Of a stretch of 32,637 nucleotides of DNA, positions 7,191 to 14,155 are shown piece by piece. The translations under genes and the position numbers were made by a program. The stretch comes from a virus (lineage: Duplodnaviria; Caudoviricetes): IMG/VR virus record IMGVR_UViG_3300037722_001641, positions 1 to 32,637 of that record. The stretch is one strand, 5' to 3'. The number at the start of each line of letters is the position of its first letter. Positions within the stretch are counted from its first letter, which is position 1. Under the pieces are notes generated by a model. That model was not told the origin of the DNA and ran no database searches. It saw only the letters and a list, made by a program, of their open reading frames with translations.

Positions 7191-10126
7191 GATATCGCCG
7201 CTTCGCGCTTCTGGCCGGCACTGCGCTGGCGGGGTGCCTTGCCGGGGGTCCGGCGCTGGCCGATCCGGTGACGATCGGGATCGCAGCCTTCGGCGCCTAT
7301 GCGGCGGCGGCGGGCACTGCGGTCGCCACCGGGGTCGCCATCAGCGCCGCGCTGATCTCGACCTCGGCGATCGTCGCCGGCGTCATCGGCGGCGTGATGG
7401 CGGCGGCGAGCCAGCTGCTGGTCCCGCAGCCCTCGCTGGGCGGATCGGCGCTGAACCAGCAGGTCTCGAGCCAGCAGGCGGGCGAGCCGCGCCGGATCCT
7501 CTACGGCCGCACGAGGGTCGGGCCCTACCTGCCCTATCACGCGGTCACCGACGAGAACGGCAAGGACCGCAACCTGAACCTGGTGCATGTGCTGGCCGCG
7601 CATGAATGCGACGGGCTGGAGGCGATCTGGTTCGACGACGAGGAGGTCTGGAACCCGGCCGACGGCTGGGGCAGCTTCGGCGGCGAGGCCTTCAACGGGC
7701 GCGCCGACTTCGTGTTTCACGCCGGCACGGAGGACCAGGAGGCGGACGCGGACCTGGTGGCGAAGGTCGCGGAATGGACCGCGGCGCATCGCGGACGCGG
7801 CGTCGCCTGGGTCTATCTGCACCTGGTCGGCGCGTCCGACCTGTTCCCGCGCGGGGTGCCGTCGGTCACCTATGTGGTGCGCGGCGCCAGGGTCCGCGAC
7901 CCGAGGACCGGCCTGACCGCCTGGTCGGAGAACCCGGCGCTGATCATCAACGACTGGGTGCTGACCTCGCGCTTCGGCTACCGCGAGAAGCCCAGGTTCT
8001 GGGACGAGGCCTCGGTGATCGCGGCCGCCAACATCTGCGACGAGCCGGTGGCGCTGGCCGAGGGCGGCACCGAGCCGCGCTACACGCTCAGTGGCGCCTT
8101 CACGGCGGATGTCAACAAGGAGGACGTGCTCAGGGGCATGCTGACGACCTGCGCGGGCCAGGTGCCGCGCGAGGGGCCGCGCCGGCGCCTGCTGGTTGGC
8201 GCCTACCGGACGCCGGTGGTCGAGCTCAGCGACGACGACCTGGCGGGCAAGGTCGACATCACCGCCGGCAAGCCGCGCCGCCAGACCTTCACCGCCGTGC
8301 GCGGCCGGTTCCAGTCTCCGCAGGCCAACTACATCCTGGACGACTACCCGGAGGTGGTCTCGGAGGCGCACGACCCGGCCACCGGCGACCCGAAGTACCA
8401 CTCGCTCGACCTGCCCTTCACGCCCTCGGCGGCGACCGCGCAGCGGCTCGCCAAGCTGACGCTCCTCGCCCAGGCGGAGCGGATCACCGCCTCGGCGTCC
8501 TGGAAGCTGAAGGCATTGCGGCTCCGGGCCGGGGACACTTTTATGTGGACCTCCAGCCGCTACGGCTGGACGCGGAAGGTCTTCGAGGTCACCGATCGGG
8601 CGCTCGTCGTCGAGGGCGAGCCGCCCCGGATGTCGGTCTCGCTCACCTGCCGCGAGACCGGGCCGCAGGTCCACGACTGGACGGTGAGCGACCAGACACC
8701 CTATCTGGCCGGGATCCCGACCAACCTGGGCAATCCCTTCACCGCCGATCCGCCGGGCCTGTCGATCGCCGACGAGCTGCGTGCAATCGCCCAGCAGGTG
8801 GTGACCGTGCTGCTGGTGACGCCGACTTCGTCGTCGAACAACGTGGCCGGCTTCGAGGTGCAGGCCCGCAGGCTGGGCGACACGGCGCCGGTCAACATGG
8901 GCCGGGGCCAGTCCGGGCTGTTCGAGCTGCCCTTCGTGGCCGATGGCGAGACCTACGAGGTGCGCGCGAGGGTGATCACCATCGCCGGCGGGGCTTCGCC
9001 CTGGACGGCGTGGACCCCCTACACGGTGATCGGCAAGTCGGCGCCGCCCTCGGACGTGACCGGGTTCCGCATGGAGGCGATCGGGGCCGTCGCACATCTG
9101 AGCTGGGATCCGGTGCCCGATCTCGATCTCTCACATTACCGGGTGCGCCATTCCACCCTGACCGCCGGCGCCGGCTTCGAGGGCGCGCTCGACGTCGCCG
9201 CCAGGGTCGCCCGCCCGGCGACCTCGGTCGCGGTGCCGCTCCAGGCCGGCACCTATCTGATCGTCGCCTACGACAAGAGCGGCAACCGGTCTGCCAGTGC
9301 GAATGCGATCGTCACCACCGTCTCGGCGGTCTCGGGTCTGAACGCGGTCGAGACCGTCAGCGAGGCGGCGCCCTTCCCGGGCACCCATGACCGGACCATC
9401 GAGCTCGGCGGCGCGCTCCTCCTCGACCGGATGCCCCAGGCCCCGTTCATCGACGGGATCGCGGATGTCTCGGCGGTCACCGACTGGAGCGCGATCGGCG
9501 CGGGCGACACCTGGCCGGACGGGCGCTACCGGCTTGCCGGCACCGTCGATCTCGGTGCCGTCTACACCAGCCGTCTCACCGCGGCGGTGACCATGTCGCG
9601 CTTCGAGAAGGGGGTCGGGGTCGACGGCGTCCGGGACGTCTCGGCGCTCGAGGACTGGAGCCAGCTCGGCGCTAACCTGACCCGCCTCGACGATATCAAC
9701 ACCTGGCTGGAGCTGCGCTCGACCCCGGACGATCCGGGCGCTGCGCCGGCCTGGTCGGACTGGATGGCGTTCCGGGCCGGGGACTACCGGGCGCGGGCCT
9801 TCGAGTTCCGCCTGGTGCTGACCAGCGCGAACCCGGAGGCAAGCCCGAGCGTGTCCGGCGTCACGGTCAGTGTCGACATGCCGGACCGGATCGCCGCCGG
9901 GCAGGACATCTCGTCGGGCGCTGCCCCGAAGGTGGTCGGGTTCATCCCGGCCTTCCGGGCGCTGACCTCGGTCGGCGTGACCGCCCAGGACATGGCCAGC
10001 GGCGATTACTGGGAGATCACGGCCAAGTCGGCGACCGGGTTCACCATCACGTTCCGGAACGCGGCCGGCACGCCGGTCGACCGGATTTTCGACTACCAGG
10101 CCCTCGGCTATGGAGAGGCGGCATGA
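7187..10126 (+). CDS. Tail tip / host-specificity protein (gpJ-like) with fibronectin-III-like domains
   Basis: ATGA overlap; 979 aa. PRRILYGRTRVG, HRGRGVAWVY, WSENPALIINDW, AANICDE, AQRLAKLTL, APPSDVTGF..LSWDPVPDLDL..Y motifs. Confidence 0.85.
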   Translation: MRYRRFALLAGTALAGCLAGGPALADPVTIGIAAFGAYAAAAGTAVATGVAISAALISTSAIVAGVIGGVMAAASQLLVPQPSLGGSALNQQVSSQQAGEPRRILYGRTRVGPYLPYHAVTDENGKDRNLNLVHVLAAHECDGLEAIWFDDEEVWNPADGWGSFGGEAFNGRADFVFHAGTEDQEADADLVAKVAEWTAAHRGRGVAWVYLHLVGASDLFPRGVPSVTYVVRGARVRDPRTGLTAWSENPALIINDWVLTSRFGYREKPRFWDEASVIAAANICDEPVALAEGGTEPRYTLSGAFTADVNKEDVLRGMLTTCAGQVPREGPRRRLLVGAYRTPVVELSDDDLAGKVDITAGKPRRQTFTAVRGRFQSPQANYILDDYPEVVSEAHDPATGDPKYHSLDLPFTPSAATAQRLAKLTLLAQAERITASASWKLKALRLRAGDTFMWTSSRYGWTRKVFEVTDRALVVEGEPPRMSVSLTCRETGPQVHDWTVSDQTPYLAGIPTNLGNPFTADPPGLSIADELRAIAQQVVTVLLVTPTSSSNNVAGFEVQARRLGDTAPVNMGRGQSGLFELPFVADGETYEVRARVITIAGGASPWTAWTPYTVIGKSAPPSDVTGFRMEAIGAVAHLSWDPVPDLDLSHYRVRHSTLTAGAGFEGALDVAARVARPATSVAVPLQAGTYLIVAYDKSGNRSASANAIVTTVSAVSGLNAVETVSEAAPFPGTHDRTIELGGALLLDRMPQAPFIDGIADVSAVTDWSAIGAGDTWPDGRYRLAGTVDLGAVYTSRLTAAVTMSRFEKGVGVDGVRDVSALEDWSQLGANLTRLDDINTWLELRSTPDDPGAAPAWSDWMAFRAGDYRARAFEFRLVLTSANPEASPSVSGVTVSVDMPDRIAAGQDISSGAAPKVVGFIPAFRALTSVGVTAQDMASGDYWEITAKSATGFTITFRNAAGTPVDRIFDYQALGYGEAA

Positions 10127-10869
10127 GCCAGAGCGATTTCGTGATCGAGACGATCGCGGTCAACGGCAACGACTTCGCGGCCGACGTGCAGGCGGCTTTG
10201 CGCGCGGCCGTGACGCTGAGCGCCGGGACCGGCGACCCGCCCGCCACCTATCCACAGCAATGGAAGCTCGACACCGGGGCCGCGCCCTGGGTGCTGAATG
10301 TCCGCAACGCCGCCAACGACGCCTGGATCCCGGTCATCGAGATCGACGACGGCGACGACGAGGTGCGCCTGATCGCCAAGCTCCTCACGATGACCGGCCA
10401 GATCCTCGCCGCCGGGGGCACGGTGGGCGCGCCGGGGATCGCCTTCTCCGGGGATCCGGACACCGGGATCTACCGGATCGGCGCCAACAACCTCGGCCTG
10501 GTCGCCAACGGCGCCCCGGTCCTCGAGATCGCCGACCGGATCGCGCTCTTCCGCAAGCAGGTCCGCAGCTCCGTGCTGACGCTGACGAGCGCGACCGCGA
10601 TCGCGGTCGATCTCGCGGCCGAGAACGTGCAGCTCGTCACCCTCGACCACAATGCCACCTTCACCCTCTCCGGCGCCGCCCTCGGGCAATGGGCGACGCT
10701 CTGGATCCGGCAGGGCGCGACCGGCGGCACCGCCGCCTGGTCCGGCGTCACCCGGTGGCAGGGCGGCGGAGCCGCGCCGTCGCTCTCGACCGTCACCGGC
10801 GATTACGACGTGGTCAGCCTCTTCGTGCCCGAGGCTGGCGTCGTCGTCGCCAGCCACATGGGGCCCTGA
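10123..10869 (+). CDS. Putative tail fibre protein
   Basis: ATGA overlap. N-terminal MSQSDFVI...PPATYPQQW...VRNAANDAW anchor and a GTVGAPGIAFSGDPDTGIYR shaft motif. Confidence 0.7.
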   Translation: MSQSDFVIETIAVNGNDFAADVQAALRAAVTLSAGTGDPPATYPQQWKLDTGAAPWVLNVRNAANDAWIPVIEIDDGDDEVRLIAKLLTMTGQILAAGGTVGAPGIAFSGDPDTGIYRIGANNLGLVANGAPVLEIADRIALFRKQVRSSVLTLTSATAIAVDLAAENVQLVTLDHNATFTLSGAALGQWATLWIRQGATGGTAAWSGVTRWQGGGAAPSLSTVTGDYDVVSLFVPEAGVVVASHMGP

Positions 10870-11579
10870 TGCATCCGCTCGCACGCATGTGGGGCGGCGT
10901 GGCCCCGATCGAGATCATCGCCGAGGACGTGGGCAATGCGGTGACCGGCGTCAGCACCGCGAACTTCACCCTGATCGCCGTCGGCGCCGAGGCCGCGGGA
11001 AAGACGCTCATCTGCGCGCTGACCCATTCCTCGAACACCTCCGCCGCGGTCACCATCACCAGCGTGACCGTCGATCCGGGCGGCGCCGCAATCCCGATGA
11101 CCAGGGTCGCAGAGGGGCTCGCCACCGACGAGACCGAGACCCATCGCGCCGCCATCTATGTCGCCGACATCTCGGCGATCGCCGGCGCGACGGTCACGAT
11201 CCGGGTCATATCGACCGGCACCGCGGAAGGCTTCGGGCTCGACGCGGTGAGCCTCCGGCATCTGCGCTCGCTGACACCGACATCGCTCAGCCAGCACCAG
11301 CAGGCGAGCGGAGCGGCCATCACCACCGACGCAGTCGTCTCCGGCCTGGCGGGCGGCTTCGTCATCGGCTGCGCACTCAACGACATCACCGGCAACCCGG
11401 CGACCTGGAGCAGCCTGACCGAGCAGGACCAGTCAAACACCGGGGGCAGCGGCCGGGATCATGCCCGGACATCGGCCTGGGACCTGCTGCCGAACGGGCG
11501 GGCGGCGGCGACCGAGACGGTGACCTGGTCGACGGGCACCTCGGACACCAGCGCGATCGCGGTCGCGGCGTTTCGATAG
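10869..11579 (+). CDS. Putative fibre-tip / receptor-binding protein
   Basis: TGATG overlap; 236 aa, Thr/Ala/Ser-rich all-beta composition; follows the fibre gene. Function inferred from position. Confidence 0.55.
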   Translation: MHPLARMWGGVAPIEIIAEDVGNAVTGVSTANFTLIAVGAEAAGKTLICALTHSSNTSAAVTITSVTVDPGGAAIPMTRVAEGLATDETETHRAAIYVADISAIAGATVTIRVISTGTAEGFGLDAVSLRHLRSLTPTSLSQHQQASGAAITTDAVVSGLAGGFVIGCALNDITGNPATWSSLTEQDQSNTGGSGRDHARTSAWDLLPNGRAAATETVTWSTGTSDTSAIAVAAFR

Positions 11580-11588
11580 GAGCAGGCA

Positions 11589-11972
11589 ATGATGCGATAC
11601 CGGATCAGGCGCGCGGCAGATGGCGGCCAGGCCGCCGACGTCGGCCCGCGGGAGGGGTTCACCATCGCCAGGGTCAGCTATCCGCCCGACTGGCTCGCGC
11701 GCGGCGGCGCGGTGCCCGGCCACGACGTCGTCGCCTACGACCCGCCGAGGCCGCCCCCGCCGCCGCCGCCAGCGCGCTGGCGGGTCGATTACCTGACCCT
11801 GCTCGACCGGCTCCCGGACGCCAACGCCGAGGCGGTTGCCGCCTTCGTCGAAGGCCAGCCGGCCAAGCGGCGCGAGCGCATCCGCCAGCAGGGCGTCTGG
11901 TCCGACGACCAGGCCCTGCGGGCCCGCCTGGCGCAGGCGGGCGAGGATCCGGACCGGGTGCTGGCGCTGTAG
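11589..11972 (+). CDS. Hypothetical phage protein (possible fibre assembly protein)
   Basis: RBS AGGAG; 127 aa with a central poly-Pro linker; co-oriented in the late operon. Confidence 0.6.
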   Translation: MMRYRIRRAADGGQAADVGPREGFTIARVSYPPDWLARGGAVPGHDVVAYDPPRPPPPPPPARWRVDYLTLLDRLPDANAEAVAAFVEGQPAKRRERIRQQGVWSDDQALRARLAQAGEDPDRVLAL

Positions 11973-12028
11973 CGCGGCCCATCCCCCAACCTGCGGCGCC
12001 AGATCAGGCCATAGGCGGAGTGAGACCC

Positions 12029-12397
12029 ATGACCCTATCCCGAACCGAAGGCGGCCACGTCCGCATGTCCGAGGCAGACCCCGGATCATGGTCCGGGGCG
12101 GATGCTGGATCCCTCTCCGGGGGATCCCTGTCCGGGGGATCCCTATCCGGGCCGGGCTTCGAGGCGATGCTGGCGCGCGCCGCCGAGCAGGGCGCCCGGC
12201 GGGCGCTGGCCGATGTCGGGCTCGAGGGGCCCGAGGCCGCCCTCGACATCCGCGACCTGCGCGCACTGCTCGATTGCCTGCGCTTCGTCCGCCGCACCGC
12301 CGTGCAGACCGCTGTGCGGCTCGTCACCACCGGTGTGATGCTGGCGCTCCTCACCGGCATCGCCGTGAAGCTCAGGGTGTTCGGGCCGGGGCCGTGA
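12029..12397 (+). CDS. DUF6127-like protein with C-terminal TM segment (holin candidate)
   Basis: RBS GGAG. FEAMLARAAEQGARRALADVGL...ALDIRDLRALLDC...TTGVMLALLTGIAVKL. Immediately upstream of the lysin. Confidence 0.7.
   Translation: MTLSRTEGGHVRMSEADPGSWSGADAGSLSGGSLSGGSLSGPGFEAMLARAAEQGARRALADVGLEGPEAALDIRDLRALLDCLRFVRRTAVQTAVRLVTTGVMLALLTGIAVKLRVFGPGP
12079..12151 (+). repeat. Palindrome plus three tandem 15-bp repeats inside the DUF6127-like CDS
   Basis: CCCCGGA-TCATGG-TCCGGGG (12079-12098), then GGATCCCTnTCCGGG at 12107, 12122 and 12137. Confidence 0.9.
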
Positions 12398-12520
12398 ACG
12401 CGGCAGGCCGATCCAGATCGACCCACTGAGCCTCACCGTCCCGCCGTCTGGCAGGGCGAGCCGCGGTTGATCCGCTGGTTCAACGGAAAGGTCCGGCGGA
12501 CTTGTCCGAGCGGAGAACGC

Positions 12521-12556
12521 GCCCCGAGCCCCCGCGAGGGGCCGGGGTATTTTTTT
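12521..12556 (+). terminator. Intrinsic terminator-like hairpin directly before the lysin RBS
   Basis: GCCCCG(A)GCCCC-CGCGA-GGGGC-CGGGGT followed by A and seven T. Confidence 0.65.
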
Positions 12557-12566
12557 GGAGGATCCC

Positions 12567-13241
12567 ATGACGACAAGCTTCTACCGCCACTGGCGCGATG
12601 TCCCCGAGGGGATCTGGCGCTGGCCCAATTTCGCGCCCGCCGAGATCGCCTGCCGGGGCACGGGCAAGCTGCTGATCAACGCGCCCGCGCTCGACAAGTT
12701 ACAGGCGCTGCGCGATCGGCTGGGCAAGCCGCTGATCGTGCGCTCCGCCTATCGCAGCCCCGAGCACAACCTCGCCGTCGGCGGCGCAACCCGCTCGAAG
12801 CACCTCGACGGCGCCGCCTTCGACATCGCCATGGCGAACCACGATCCGGTGGCCTTCGAGGCGGCGGCGCGAGAGATCGGCTTCCTCGGCTTCGGCTTCT
12901 ATCCGCGCTCGGGTTTCATCCATGTCGACCTCGGACCCGCCCGCCAGTGGGGCGACCGGTTCCCGGTCCGAGAGACGGCCTTCGCGGCGGAAATCCCGCC
13001 TGCGCGCGAAGTGCTGGCCGACAGCCGCACCATGAAGGGCGGCGGCGCGGCCGGGCTCGCCACCGTCGGCGCCGCCGGGGTCGAGGTGGCGCCGGACGTG
13101 CTGGCTGAGACCCAGGCCGCGATCCAGCCGCTGGTGCCCTGGCTCGACACGCTGCGCTGGGTGTTCATCGCCGTCGCGCTCGTCGGCATCGCGGTCACGA
13201 TCTACGCCCGCTGGGACGACTGGCGCCAGGGGAGACGCTGA
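12567..13241 (+). CDS. Endolysin, peptidase M15 (YcbK-like Zn peptidase) with C-terminal TM segment
   Basis: RBS GGAGG. SAYRSPEHN, SKHLDGAAFD (H-x6-D) and FIHVD motifs; hydrophobic C-terminus WVFIAVALVGIAVTIYA. Confidence 0.85.
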   Translation: MTTSFYRHWRDVPEGIWRWPNFAPAEIACRGTGKLLINAPALDKLQALRDRLGKPLIVRSAYRSPEHNLAVGGATRSKHLDGAAFDIAMANHDPVAFEAAAREIGFLGFGFYPRSGFIHVDLGPARQWGDRFPVRETAFAAEIPPAREVLADSRTMKGGGAAGLATVGAAGVEVAPDVLAETQAAIQPLVPWLDTLRWVFIAVALVGIAVTIYARWDDWRQGRR

Positions 13242-13242
13242 C

Positions 13243-13509
13243 ATGGCGGCGATGATCGCGACGGCCCTCGCCTGGCTCGCCGGCAACCGGCGGACGCTGA
13301 TCGCCGCAAAATGGGGCGCCATCGCGCTCACGGTGCTGCTGTTCCTGCTCTCGATCCGCCGCGCCGGCGAGCGCGCCGGGCGTCTGGCAGAGCGCCTCGA
13401 GACCATGGGGAAAGCCAATGATGTCCAGCGCCAGATGCTCGAAGCCGCGGCTCGTCGTCCTCGCGGTCGCGGTGAGTTGGCTCAGCGGTTGCGCGACGGT
13501 CGGTTCTGA
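13243..13509 (+). CDS. Putative i-spanin (Rz-like)
   Basis: N-terminal TM (WGAIALTVLLFLLSI) followed by a helical domain; follows the lysin; overlapped by a lipoprotein gene. Confidence 0.65.
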   Translation: MAAMIATALAWLAGNRRTLIAAKWGAIALTVLLFLLSIRRAGERAGRLAERLETMGKANDVQRQMLEAAARRPRGRGELAQRLRDGRF

Positions 13510-13675
13510 GCCGCTTGTCGTCAGCGCCTGTCCGCCCGTCGTGGAGTACAGCGCCGAGTTCCAGGCGCGCGCGTCCGAAGAACTCGCTCTCCTGCCGGAG
13601 GGATCGGCGGTCGTCGAGATGCTGGGCGATTACGTGGTGATGCGCGAGCAGGCGCGGGCGTGCCGGAGCGGATGA
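13418..13675 (+). CDS. Putative o-spanin lipoprotein (Rz1-like)
   Basis: Signal peptide with lipobox LSGC (LVVLAVAVSWLSGC), further Cys residues (ACPP, RAC). Overlaps the i-spanin in the +1 frame. Confidence 0.7.
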   Translation: MMSSARCSKPRLVVLAVAVSWLSGCATVGSEPLVVSACPPVVEYSAEFQARASEELALLPEGSAVVEMLGDYVVMREQARACRSG

Positions 13676-13954
13676 CTATCGATGGTGCTGCATCAGCGCC
13701 GTCAGCCCTGGCACTCGATAGGTCGGGTGCCTGCGGCGCCAGTCGTGATACGCCTCCAGGTCGCGATTAAAGTCAAACGGGAGGACGCGATTGCCTTGAT
13801 CGTCGATGATCCCTGCCTCGAGCCGGGCGGCGACGCAATGCCAGTAGCGATTGACCGCGTCCGGGAGCTCCGCTTCCGATGTCCCGGCGCGTCTCAATGC
13901 ACATTCACACAGCTCTCGCGCGATCGGCTCGATGTTGCTCCAACGCTCTGGCAT
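13676..13954 (-). CDS. Hypothetical protein, 92 aa
   Basis: Protein-like composition; its stop abuts the o-spanin stop exactly; no clear RBS. Confidence 0.5.
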   Translation of the reverse strand: MPERWSNIEPIARELCECALRRAGTSEAELPDAVNRYWHCVAARLEAGIIDDQGNRVLPFDFNRDLEAYHDWRRRHPTYRVPGLTALMQHHR

Positions 13955-14155
13955 GGTGGCAAGATAGCAGCGTACGCGTCCCGGTGCGAGCGTTGCGGAG
14001 TTTCCCGGCCGTTCGATATCGGCCCGGGTTTCTCATCGGGTTCATTGCAACGGCTCACGCTCCTCCCTCTCGCGCCGAGCTGGCTGAGCATCTGCGCGAC
14101 GGCAGGTTGTCGGTGCGTGTTTGAGAATGAGAACGGGTGGCCGGACGCCCTCCGC

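Noticed and set aside
3075-9390. Long alternative-frame and antisense ORFs (819, 832, 729 and 594 aa) over the tail genes
   Set aside because: Shadow ORFs of very high-GC coding DNA; Arg/Ala/Pro-rich with no motifs, overlapping well-supported genes.
10123-11972. Diversity-generating retroelement or invertible fibre cassette
   Set aside because: No reverse transcriptase, TR/VR repeat pair, invertase or inverted repeats visible.
1-13675. Gene transfer agent rather than prophage
   Set aside because: gpE-type capsid, 700-aa tape measure and linked lysis genes differ from the RcGTA cluster organisation.
14004-14033. Hairpin CCCGGCCG...CGGCCCGGG as terminator of the dnaE2 operon
   Set aside because: No U-tract on the minus strand and only a weak one on plus.
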